A stretch of DNA of 53,365 nt from Candidatus Altiarchaeota archaeon (lineage in GTDB: Archaea > Altiarchaeota > Altiarchaeia > IMC4 > QMZM01): NCBI GenBank assembly GCA_030609775.1, contig JAUWTD010000002.1, positions 1 through 53,365 of the forward strand, written 5' to 3'. Position numbers and translations under genes: made by a program. Shown here in pieces: positions 9,718 through 17,983 of the stretch (its first letter is position 1; each line of letters opens with the position of its first letter). The notes beneath the pieces are model-generated. The model was not told where the DNA came from. It saw only the letters and a program-made list of their open reading frames with translations, and made no database searches.

Positions 9718-9760
9718 CTGAAGGGTTACATACCACCTCATCCAACTGAAGGGTTACATA
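9718..9760 (-). promoter_or_regulatory. Two perfect 15-bp direct repeats upstream of tfb
   Basis: CTGAAGGGTTACATA occurs at 9718-9732 and 9746-9760 (28-bp period), 40-80 nt upstream of the tfb ATG. Confidence 0.25.
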
Positions 9761-9868
9761 TACAGATTTCAACCACCCCGAGAAACAAAAAAAAATATAA
9801 ACCGCGCTCTCGGTTACCTGTATTTATTATAGTGTAAATTCTGATATAAATACTTATCGGTTATCTGG

Positions 9869-9970
9869 GCTTTGCTCCTAAAGTACGTTTTGCTCCTAAA
9901 GTCAAGAAGTTGTTCCTAAAGTCGGCCACTGCTAATAAGTCGGCATTTTCAGTAGGTTATTAGCAAAGCC
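9869..9970. repeat. Left repeat module: tandem about 18-bp units followed by a terminal hairpin
   Basis: Units are GCTTTGCTCCTAAAGTAC, GTTTTGCTCCTAAAGTCA, AGAAGTTGTTCCTAAAGTCG and GCCACTGCTAATAAGTCG. The terminal segment is GCATTTTCAGTAGGTTATTAGCAAAGCC. The start and end are inverted copies of GGCTTTGCT..TAA. Confidence 0.75.
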
Positions 9971-10026
9971 ACTACCCGATAAATATATTTATATAACTAT
10001 ATGCAATAATTACATTACTCATTTAA

Positions 10027-10094
10027 CTGTATTTTGTATATAACCGTATTTTGTATATAACTGTATTTTGTATATAACTGTATTTTGTATATGG
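10027..10094 (+). repeat. Four tandem 17-bp repeats (CTGTATTTTGTATATAA) immediately upstream of the small ORF
   Basis: Copies at 10027-10043, 10044-10060 (CCG variant), 10061-10077 and 10078-10094 (ends ..TATGG). Each carries a TATA-like TTTGTATATAA. Confidence 0.85.
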
Positions 10095-10100
10095 TCTAAA

Positions 10101-10271
10101 ATGGTAGTTATAAAAGTTGATGAAAAGGATTTAGATAAGGTATTTGGAATACTTTCAGGTAATGGAAGATTTATGGGTCTACCAGACAACATGTTCCGCA
10201 TTGATGAACACGTAGAGGAGGTTTTGGAAAAGATAAAAAAGGAAGGGATCAAAGTTGAGATAATAGACTGA
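10101..10271 (+). CDS. Small hypothetical protein (56 aa)
   Basis: ATG at 10101 (MVVIKVDEKDLDKVFGILSGNGRF...); the track start at 10068 is a TTG inside the repeats. No family recognised. Confidence 0.5.
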   Translation: MVVIKVDEKDLDKVFGILSGNGRFMGLPDNMFRIDEHVEEVLEKIKKEGIKVEIID

Positions 10272-10288
10272 TTGTGTGGGTGTAATCT

Positions 10289-10624
10289 ATGAAGCTTTAT
10301 CGTATATTTATTCCAAAACAATACAATGATGGTAAAAAAATAGAACCCAAAAAAATACGGAAACTTACTGAGATGGTTAGGGAGCGCTTTGGTGCATACT
10401 CTATAAACCCATTTGCCATGCTGCCGTTTATACAAGGGGTGTGGACTTCTGAAGAAACACATAAATTATACACCGAGCCCATGTTTATGATTGAATTGTT
10501 TGTTGAAGATACTTTCAAGAACCAAAGGTGGCTTAAATCATTTAAAGAAAGGGCAAGACAGGAATTAGATCAAGAGGAATTATTTGTAATTTCACAGAAT
10601 GCTGAGATATTAAAGGATTATTAG
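10289..10624 (+). CDS. Hypothetical protein (111 aa)
   Basis: Begins 17 nt after the previous ORF: MKLYRIFIPKQYNDGKKIEP...FGAYSINP...GVWTSEE...EELFVISQ. Codon use is atypical for + strand genes here (Phe TTT 8 : TTC 1 by hand count). Confidence 0.6.
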   Translation: MKLYRIFIPKQYNDGKKIEPKKIRKLTEMVRERFGAYSINPFAMLPFIQGVWTSEETHKLYTEPMFMIELFVEDTFKNQRWLKSFKERARQELDQEELFVISQNAEILKDY

Positions 10625-10646
10625 TTCTTACTTATAACAGATACCG

Positions 10647-10730
10647 GCTTTGCTAATAAAGTCGCTTTTGCTAATAAAGTCGCTTTTGCTAATAAAGTCG
10701 GCATTTTTTGGTAGTTTATTAGCAAAACCA
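10647..10730. repeat. Right repeat module (imperfect direct copy of 9869-9970)
   Basis: One GCTTTGCTAATAAAGTC unit and two GCTTTTGCTAATAAAGTC units, then GGCATTTTTTGGTAGTTTATTAGCAAAACC. Confidence 0.75.
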
Positions 10731-10764
10731 GTTATCTGGATAGTTTGTGTGTCCAATATTTGAT

Positions 10765-10803
10765 GTCCCACATTCAGCGTTTCAAATACAGTCAATGTGG
10801 GAC
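10765..10803. repeat. Perfect 10-bp inverted repeat (hairpin, 19-nt loop)
   Basis: GTCCCACATT at 10765-10774 pairs with AATGTGGGAC at 10794-10803, just outside the cassette. Confidence 0.5.
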
Positions 10804-10854
10804 CCCTAATTCTCTACCTGCTGATTTATATTAAATAACTCCGTATCTTATTCT

Positions 10855-10947
10855 ATGCCATGCGGAAGAAAACGAAAAATCCAGAAGATGCGAACTCACA
10901 AACTCAAGAAGAGAAGGAAAAAGCTTAGAAGAATGCATAAAAAATAG
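10855..10947 (+). CDS. 30-aa highly basic peptide (bS22/mS38-like or eL41-like composition)
   Basis: ATG 10855 to TAG 10945-10947: MPCGRKRKIQKMRTHKLKKRRKKLRRMHKK. Too short for the ORF track. The pattern RKRK..KMR.HK.KKRRKKLR resembles small basic ribosome-associated proteins. Confidence 0.35.
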   Translation: MPCGRKRKIQKMRTHKLKKRRKKLRRMHKK

Positions 10948-11112
10948 GCTGACCTAATCCTTACATCTCGCATATTTGACTACTTCTTCATTTCCTGCTA
11001 TGATACTCATGTAAAGCGGATAATCCGATGATTTCCTATAAAATAATCAGATTAAAGCTATAGATCCTTTTTTTTTTGAAAATATTTTTTTAGAGTTCAA
11101 GGATAAATTTAT

Positions 11113-12102
11113 ATGCTTGTTCTCCCTAATCTCCTTTGCAGGTTTCTCTTTAATATGGTACTCTATGAATCCTTTTTGGTTGTGGCAGGTATAATCGGTC
11201 TCTGTATTGGAAGCGATATTGTTGTCTTAGCTGCAAAAAGGATTGCAAACAGGCTACAAATTTCCCCTCTATTTGTCGGGCTTACGATTGCTTCTATTGG
11301 AACCTCTCTACCTGAGATATTCACAAATCTTATGGTGGGTTTCAGCAACCTGCAGGGAACAGATGCCTCAGGTATTGCAGTGGGAAATATCATAGGAAGC
11401 AACCTAGGACAGATTACACTAATACTGGGTATTGTAGGATTGTTCTCTACACTCCACATAGATAAAAGGGCGATGAGACGCGATGGCTTTATGATGTTTA
11501 TAGCATTGTTTCTTATGTTCCTGGTATGCTTTAATGGATCAGTATCACGGATTGAGGCAGTTTCCCTTATTGTGGTATATTTCATTTATTTAGGGGTCCT
11601 TATCAAACAAGAAAACGTGATAGAGAAAATAGAGTTACAAAAAGAGAAAGGCAGCCTCCTAATAGATTTCCTGAAGTGTATGGCAGGTATCCTGGTTATA
11701 GTCTATGCCGCAGATCTTGTTGTAGCCAACGGAATAAACCTTGCATCGGCTGCAGGGGTAACAGATTCCTTGATAGGTATATTCGTTGGTTTAGGTACCA
11801 GTATCCCTGAATTAAGTGTTTCCTTAAGGGCGATTATGAAAGATTCCGGGCGCCTATCCCTTGGAAACCTGATAGGCAGCAACATAACAGACCCTCTTCT
11901 ATCATTCGGCCTCGGAGCAACAGTATCTACTGTAACAGTAACTTCCCAAATACTACATTTTGATTTCATCTACTGGATGGCTGCAACATTAATCGCCTTA
12001 CTCATGCTGTCCACTCACATGGACTTGAACAAAAAAGAATCAGCTATCCTCATCCTGTTATATGTGCTATTCATATACCTACGGATTATGTTCTTTTCGT
12101 GA
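11113..12102 (+). CDS. Na+/Ca2+ exchanger (CaCA / YrbG-type) membrane protein
   Basis: Two alpha-repeat signatures, GTSLPEIFTN...GNIIGSNLGQI and GTSIPELSVS...GNLIGSNITD, with about 10 hydrophobic helices. Confidence 0.85.
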   Translation: MLVLPNLLCRFLFNMVLYESFLVVAGIIGLCIGSDIVVLAAKRIANRLQISPLFVGLTIASIGTSLPEIFTNLMVGFSNLQGTDASGIAVGNIIGSNLGQITLILGIVGLFSTLHIDKRAMRRDGFMMFIALFLMFLVCFNGSVSRIEAVSLIVVYFIYLGVLIKQENVIEKIELQKEKGSLLIDFLKCMAGILVIVYAADLVVANGINLASAAGVTDSLIGIFVGLGTSIPELSVSLRAIMKDSGRLSLGNLIGSNITDPLLSFGLGATVSTVTVTSQILHFDFIYWMAATLIALLMLSTHMDLNKKESAILILLYVLFIYLRIMFFS

Positions 12103-12142
12103 TCCGAAGATTTAATATTCTTTTACCTAGTCTAGTATTAAG

Positions 12143-13114
12143 ATGACTAAGATAACCATCACCGCGCCTGCTCACCTGCATGCGGGCAACATGGATATAA
12201 CAGGAGACCTCGGGCGACTATATGGGACAGCAGGCTTCACTTTAGATTATCCGCGAACAGTTTTGGAAGCTGTTAAATCAGATGAAATAGCGGTCAAAGG
12301 AGAAGACAAAGAAAACACAAAAAAATATGTTTCCCTATTCATGGAAAAATATGGTGTCAAGGGCGGAATAAAAATCAATGTCAAAGAAACAATCCCTAAA
12401 CATTTAGGTATGGGATCACAGACTGCGCTTGCATTATCTGTAGGCACTGCAATAGCACAGTTCTATAATATCAATGTCGCCCTTGATGAGATGGCGTTGA
12501 GCTTAGGCAGATCAGACATCGTTGCCTTAGGGTTCAATTCATTTAAAAAAGGAGGATTCATCGTTGATGGAGGATACAGGATAAAGGATAGAGGAAAAAT
12601 GATCCCACCTCTACTTTTCAGAGAACCTATCCCCTCTGACTGGCTTTTTGTTGTGTGCATACCCAATGAACCCATACCTGCGATATTGAAGATAAAAGAA
12701 AACGAAGAAGAGATACTTAATACATTAAAAGCGATGCCTGAACAGATGTCTGACCGCCTGTCGCGGATAATGCTCATGCAGGTTATGCCCTCACTCATAG
12801 AACACGACATAAAAACATTTGGCAAATACATAACCGAATTCAATGGACGCCTCGGCAGCTTCTGGGGTGACTTCCAGAAAGGGAAAACATACTGTCATCC
12901 GTCGGTCAAAGCAGGGATAAATATTCTGCTGGATAACGGAGCATATGGAGCATGCCAGACCTGCTGGGGACCAACATTCTATGGTCTAACTGATAACGGG
13001 GAGATTGCAAGAAAACTTGCAAAAAAACTTGAAAGATTCCTCGAAAAACAAGGCGGAGGAGATGTATTCTATACTACTGGCAACAACGAAGGTGCGTCAA
13101 TAATAAGATGGTGA
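12143..13114 (+). CDS. mptG: Beta-ribofuranosylaminobenzene 5'-phosphate synthase (GHMP-kinase fold; methanopterin biosynthesis)
   Basis: N-terminus ITAPAHLHAGNMDITGDLGRLYGTAGFTL and the GHMP motif HLGMGSQTALALSVGTA. Length about 320 aa, as in archaeal beta-RFAP synthases (from memory). Confidence 0.75.
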   Translation: MTKITITAPAHLHAGNMDITGDLGRLYGTAGFTLDYPRTVLEAVKSDEIAVKGEDKENTKKYVSLFMEKYGVKGGIKINVKETIPKHLGMGSQTALALSVGTAIAQFYNINVALDEMALSLGRSDIVALGFNSFKKGGFIVDGGYRIKDRGKMIPPLLFREPIPSDWLFVVCIPNEPIPAILKIKENEEEILNTLKAMPEQMSDRLSRIMLMQVMPSLIEHDIKTFGKYITEFNGRLGSFWGDFQKGKTYCHPSVKAGINILLDNGAYGACQTCWGPTFYGLTDNGEIARKLAKKLERFLEKQGGGDVFYTTGNNEGASIIRW

Positions 13115-14250
13115 CTGCAATAGGCATAGATCCGGGTACAAAGAGCATGGATCTATTCGGTTTCGATGATGAAACAGATGAAGTAATCATTGACCGTACA
13201 ATACCTCGAAGCGAGGTGACAAAGAACCCTAAGATAGTATTGGATGCAATACTTGAAACAGACAAAAACATTGATGCAATAATCGGTCCAAGCGGATACG
13301 GCTTACCTATGGTGAAGGCATCTGAAACAGAAGACGAAGAGATCAATATAGCAACATTCATCACACAAGAGGATCTAGCGAGAGGACTTAACATCGTTGG
13401 CTTAAGAGAATTGATGTTTTTAATGAAGAAATCAGATCTCAACATATGGTTTCCTCCCGGGGTTATCCATCTGCCAACTGTTCCCGAACATAAAAAAATT
13501 AATAGAATAGATATGGGTACCGCAGACAAGGTATTTACGGCAGTTTCCGGGATAAAAGATCAGGCAGAAAAATATTGCATCGATTACACTGAAACATCCT
13601 TCATCATCCTTGAGATAGGATTCGGGTACACTGCAGCATTAGCCATAGACGATGGCAAGATAGTTGACGGAGTAGGGGGCAGCGTAGGGGGATTAGGATA
13701 CATGGGCATGGGCGGAATGGACGGAGAACTCGCCTACGCCATAGCAAACACAACAGAATTCTCAAAAACCCTGCTCTTCAATGGAGGAGCAAGCACTATC
13801 TCCGGAATAGACCTGCAAAAAAGCTCTATTGAGGAATTCATTTATACTGCAAAAAAAACAGAAGAGACGCGGCTCGCTTACCTGGCCATGATAGATTCCA
13901 TAGTAAAAGACACATACTTGCTCCTCTCTTCATTGAGCAACCCAAAAGAAATACTCCTAAGCGGAAGATTCACAAAAATAGATTCATTTATCCAAGATAT
14001 CGAATCCACTCTAACAGAACACCTCAACTGCATAGGATTAGATGCAAAGATAAGAAAACTAGGACAAACAACAGATAATGTGAAAGAAGCTGCTAAAGGC
14101 GCAGCCATCCTCGCAAACGGCATAGCCGGAGGAAGATACACAAAACTTATAGAAAACATGAAGTTAACTGAGAGTGCAGGTGACATATTCACTCACCTGT
14201 ACCTTGATAAAGAAATAAAAGAAAAAATAAAAGAAACCTTCTCAAATTAA
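13108..14250 (+). CDS. ASKHA-fold (actin/sugar-kinase-like) protein, DUF1464-like
   Basis: Phosphate-1-like motif AIGIDPGTKSMD and a later GGSVGGLGYMGMGG. Its ATG overlaps the mptG stop by 7 nt. Confidence 0.55.
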   Translation: MVTAIGIDPGTKSMDLFGFDDETDEVIIDRTIPRSEVTKNPKIVLDAILETDKNIDAIIGPSGYGLPMVKASETEDEEINIATFITQEDLARGLNIVGLRELMFLMKKSDLNIWFPPGVIHLPTVPEHKKINRIDMGTADKVFTAVSGIKDQAEKYCIDYTETSFIILEIGFGYTAALAIDDGKIVDGVGGSVGGLGYMGMGGMDGELAYAIANTTEFSKTLLFNGGASTISGIDLQKSSIEEFIYTAKKTEETRLAYLAMIDSIVKDTYLLLSSLSNPKEILLSGRFTKIDSFIQDIESTLTEHLNCIGLDAKIRKLGQTTDNVKEAAKGAAILANGIAGGRYTKLIENMKLTESAGDIFTHLYLDKEIKEKIKETFSN

Positions 14251-14255
14251 ATCAG

Positions 14256-15917
14256 CTACTCAAAGATTGCACCCTTGTCTGCTGAACTCACCAACTGAGC
14301 ATATCTTTTCAGTACCCCTGTAAGGGGCTTATCTTTTCTCTTCCAGTTCTTTAATCTCGCACGGATTTCTTCATTTGAGAGTCTTATGTTAAGCTTCCTT
14401 GCAGGAATATCTAAGTCAATGATGTCTCCTTCCCGGATAATTGCAATCGGGCCGCCTTCTGCGGCTTCAGGGCTCACATGACCTATACACGGTCCCCTGG
14501 TTCCTCCAGAGAATCTCCCGTCAGTGATCAATGCAACAGAATCTGAAAGACCCATCCCCACAACAGCAGACGTACCTTGCAACATCTCCCTCATGCCTGG
14601 ACCGCCTTTCGGACCCTCATAACGGATAACTATCACATCACCTCTCCTGATTTCTTCATTCATGATTGCATTGTTAGCATCTTCCTCACACTCAAAAACC
14701 CTTGCAGGTCCAGAATGCTGAAGAATTTTTGGGTCTACTGCGGACTGTTTGACTACAGAGCCCCTAGGTGCAAGATTCCCTTTAAGGACCGCTATACCTC
14801 CCTCTTTATGGTAGGGGTTATCCAGGGTTCTTATAACCTCTGCATTCTTTTTAATGTTTATGATTACCATATCCTCTAAATTTTCTTTGAGGGTTTTCCC
14901 TGAAACAGTCATACAATCAAGACATAATTTCTCCTTGATTCTATCCATCACAGCCTGAATTCCTCCTGCCCTGTCAAGATCCACCATGAAATCTTCTCCT
15001 CCCGGCCTGATAGAGGTTATGTTAGGTGTATCCCTGCCGAGCTCATCAAACTTGTCGAGTGTAAGCTTTATTATGCATTCATGAGCTATTGCAGGCAGAT
15101 GCAATGTTGTATTAGTTGATCCCCCTATTGCCATATCAATTCTTACGGCATTCTCAAACGCATCCAAGGTCATCACATCCCTCGGCTTTAGATCTTTTTT
15201 TACAAGCTCCATCACCTGCATTCCAGATTTTTTTGCGATCCGGTATTTCTTCGCATCTACAGCCAATGCCGTCGAACAACCCGGAAGAGACATGCCTAAT
15301 GCCTCAGTCATACAACCCATGGTGTTTGCAGTAAACAAACCTGCACACGAACCCGCACCTGGACATGCATTCTCTTCAAGTAGTCTCACATCCGCCTCTG
15401 TTACATGCCCTGTTTTCAGTTCACCAACCGCCTCAAACACCGAAACCAGATCCCTGCGCTGATCATTGAAAATTCCCGGACACATTGGACCACCTGTGAC
15501 AAAAATCGACGGAATATTTAATCTTGCAGCAGCCATCAGATGCCCTGGAAGAATCTTATCACATGATGTCACAAACACAAGCCCGTCCATTTGATGTGCT
15601 TTAATTTGCAGTTCAACTGAGTCAGCAATCGTCTCCCTTGAAGTAAGTGAATACTTCATTCCCTCATGTCCCATAGCTATGCCGTCACAGATTCCTATAG
15701 TATGGAATTCTAACGGGGTACCTCCACTCATCCTCACACCGGCTTTAACATACGTTGCAAGCTTATCTAGGTTGATATGCCCTGGCACAAACTCATTCCA
15801 TGAATTCACAACGCCGATAAATGGCCTATCTATCTCCTCATCAATCATACCTGTAGCCTTCATAAGTGAACGATGAGGTGCACGTTCAATCCCTTTTTTT
15901 GTTTTATCAGATATCAT
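14256..15917 (-). CDS. ilvD: Dihydroxy-acid dehydratase
   Basis: [29 protein letters not shown] and [25 protein letters not shown]. Confidence 0.95.
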   Translation of the reverse strand: MISDKTKKGIERAPHRSLMKATGMIDEEIDRPFIGVVNSWNEFVPGHINLDKLATYVKAGVRMSGGTPLEFHTIGICDGIAMGHEGMKYSLTSRETIADSVELQIKAHQMDGLVFVTSCDKILPGHLMAAARLNIPSIFVTGGPMCPGIFNDQRRDLVSVFEAVGELKTGHVTEADVRLLEENACPGAGSCAGLFTANTMGCMTEALGMSLPGCSTALAVDAKKYRIAKKSGMQVMELVKKDLKPRDVMTLDAFENAVRIDMAIGGSTNTTLHLPAIAHECIIKLTLDKFDELGRDTPNITSIRPGGEDFMVDLDRAGGIQAVMDRIKEKLCLDCMTVSGKTLKENLEDMVIINIKKNAEVIRTLDNPYHKEGGIAVLKGNLAPRGSVVKQSAVDPKILQHSGPARVFECEEDANNAIMNEEIRRGDVIVIRYEGPKGGPGMREMLQGTSAVVGMGLSDSVALITDGRFSGGTRGPCIGHVSPEAAEGGPIAIIREGDIIDLDIPARKLNIRLSNEEIRARLKNWKRKDKPLTGVLKRYAQLVSSADKGAIFE

Positions 15918-15918
15918 T

Positions 15919-17409
15919 CTAACCTAACCTCAAAAGTCTATTTAATCCATTGATGAACGCGATAACAGAAGCCATCACAATATCCTCATGAACTCCGCGA
16001 GCCATAACAGTTCTCCTACCATCACCTACCCTTATTGTTACATCAGCAAGAGCATCCGATCCACCGGTTATCGCATCTAGATGATATTCCTCTACTAATA
16101 TTTCCTCTCTACCCACGGCAGACTTTATTGCATTCAACACCGCATCAACTGGACCCACACCATCCTCCTTTGCGTTCTTCTCAACCCCATCAACCTTAAG
16201 GATTATGGATGCTACTGGCTTTTTGTTGATTTTAGACTGCAATTCTAAATCAATTAACACAATCTTTCTTTCGGCCTGAGGAACCATACCTAAAATATCC
16301 TCTGCTATCGCAATAAGATCTTCTTCAAAAACCTTTTTACCTTTACCGCCTAAATCCTTTACCTTTGAAGTTATCTCCCTGAGCTGCTCTGAGTCCACCG
16401 CTATATCCAACTCCTTGAGTTTAGCAGCTACCCCATGGATGCCAACATGCTTCCCTAAGACAAGCCGTCTCCTAGCACCCACCATCTCAGGGTTTATCGG
16501 CTCAAATGTTTCAGCTTTCTTCAAAACCGCATGAACATGTATCCCTGATTCATGGGCAAAAGCATTATCCCCTACAATAGGGAAATTCGGCATCAACCGA
16601 ATCCCTGAAAGCCTTTCAACTAATTTACTTAGAGGATATATTTTCTCAGTTTTTATATTCGTTTTTACTCCATAAAGCACATGCAGACCCATAACTACCT
16701 GCGCCATATCTGCGTTACCTGCTCTTTCACCTAATCCATTCACAGTAGTCTGAACCTGATTACAGCCAGCCTCCACAGCAGCTAACGTATTAGCCACAGC
16801 CATACCAAAATCATTATGGCAGTGAATATCCAAATCCACATGTATCTCCTTTCTTAGCTTCCCAATCAATTCTTTCATTTCTGTAGGATATATTACTCCC
16901 ACTGTATCAGGGATATTGATGGTGCCTGCTCCAGCCTCTTCAACAGCCTTACAGACCTTAACCAGATAACCTAAATCACTTCTTGTCGCATCCATCGGAG
17001 AAAACAGACAAGGCAGACCATGATCTACTATATATTCTACAGCCGCAACAGCCATTTCACATACTTCCTCCTCACTTTTCATCATCTGATACTTCAAATG
17101 CTGAGGCGAAGTCGAAATAAATGTGTGCACTAAGTCAACATCTGCTTTAAGACATGCATCAATATCACTTATTAAAGCCCGGGCAAGACCACAAACCTTT
17201 GTATCAGCCTCTGAAGAAATCTGTTTCACTGCCCTGAATTCATCTTCAGAATTAATCGGAAACCCGGCTTCAATAATATCAACTCCAATATCTGATAGAG
17301 CATGAGCTAACTCCAATTTCTTTTCCAGAGTAAACGCAACACCTGGCGTCTGTTCTCCATCCCTTAGGGTTGTATCAAAAACCTTTATCTTTTTTTGCAT
17401 ATCCGGCAT
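15919..17409 (-). CDS. 2-isopropylmalate synthase / (R)-citramalate synthase family (LeuA/CimA)
   Basis: [44 protein letters not shown] and a C-terminal LeuA-dimer regulatory domain. Start moved to ATG 17409 ([12 protein letters not shown]); the track start at 17463 adds an implausible 18 aa. Confidence 0.9.
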   Translation of the reverse strand: MPDMQKKIKVFDTTLRDGEQTPGVAFTLEKKLELAHALSDIGVDIIEAGFPINSEDEFRAVKQISSEADTKVCGLARALISDIDACLKADVDLVHTFISTSPQHLKYQMMKSEEEVCEMAVAAVEYIVDHGLPCLFSPMDATRSDLGYLVKVCKAVEEAGAGTINIPDTVGVIYPTEMKELIGKLRKEIHVDLDIHCHNDFGMAVANTLAAVEAGCNQVQTTVNGLGERAGNADMAQVVMGLHVLYGVKTNIKTEKIYPLSKLVERLSGIRLMPNFPIVGDNAFAHESGIHVHAVLKKAETFEPINPEMVGARRRLVLGKHVGIHGVAAKLKELDIAVDSEQLREITSKVKDLGGKGKKVFEEDLIAIAEDILGMVPQAERKIVLIDLELQSKINKKPVASIILKVDGVEKNAKEDGVGPVDAVLNAIKSAVGREEILVEEYHLDAITGGSDALADVTIRVGDGRRTVMARGVHEDIVMASVIAFINGLNRLLRLG

Positions 17410-17506
17410 ATTCAACCACGAACCAATTATTATATCTATATGGGCTCTAAGAAAAAAAAACATTAAAAGAGAGAAAAAAAATCAACAAAAATAAAATAAA
17501 CAGAAT

Positions 17507-17863
17507 TCATAATAAGGGAACAGCGTTCAGAACACCATCCTGCCCCGGTCTTGATGTGACCTTTACCTGAATCTCATCCCCTTTAGGCGTCTCCACCTTA
17601 AGAACCGCACCCTTCGTTATTATGTTCCGTCTAGTGAAATCCTTATTTGCAGGGTTCTTTACCAAGGAAAGTAGTCCACATTTAACTCCTTTATCATCTA
17701 TGACAACATTCACAAACCCCGAAGAAACCAGCTTAGGCTTAAAATCACCGCCACGTACCCGCACTTTCTTCTTTTTATCTTCACCCGAGGTTGTATTAAT
17801 CGCTTCCCTGCCCATATAATACTTCCTCTTTTTATTTGCTTTAGTGATCTTACCCTGATACAT
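17507..17863 (-). CDS. rps8e: 30S ribosomal protein S8e
   Basis: MYQGKITKANKKRKYYMGRE...VRVRGGDFKPKLV...NPANKDFTRRNIITKGA. Confidence 0.9.
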   Translation of the reverse strand: MYQGKITKANKKRKYYMGREAINTTSGEDKKKKVRVRGGDFKPKLVSSGFVNVVIDDKGVKCGLLSLVKNPANKDFTRRNIITKGAVLKVETPKGDEIQVKVTSRPGQDGVLNAVPLL

Positions 17864-17983
17864 GATAACACTTAAGATTTCAAAGATAAAAATAGTTTTT
17901 TTTCCATTATTTATTCAAAAATCATTTATATACTACTTTAGAGTAATATATAATTAATTATATTCCTCAAAATAGGTGACTAA

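Larger units (their letters stand above)
9860..10739 (+). mobile_element. Candidate composite / non-autonomous element: two repeat modules around a 2-gene cassette, flanked by a duplicated GTTATCTGG
   Basis: GTTATCTGG lies at 9860-9868 and 10731-10739, directly abutting the outer edges of the repeat modules at 9869-9970 and 10647-10730. No transposase or integrase is inside. See findings. Confidence 0.4.

Noticed and set aside
10019-10462. A 147-aa minus-strand ORF across the repeat-flanked cassette.
   Set aside because: It runs through the 17-bp tandem repeats and is antisense to both small + strand ORFs. Those ORFs have sensible starts and spacing, whereas this product is low-complexity. 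It is kept only as a formal alternative.
9869-10730. A CRISPR array, suggested by the short tandem repeats.
   Set aside because: The units are 17-18 bp and directly abutting, with no spacers and at most 3-4 copies. No cas genes are in the window.
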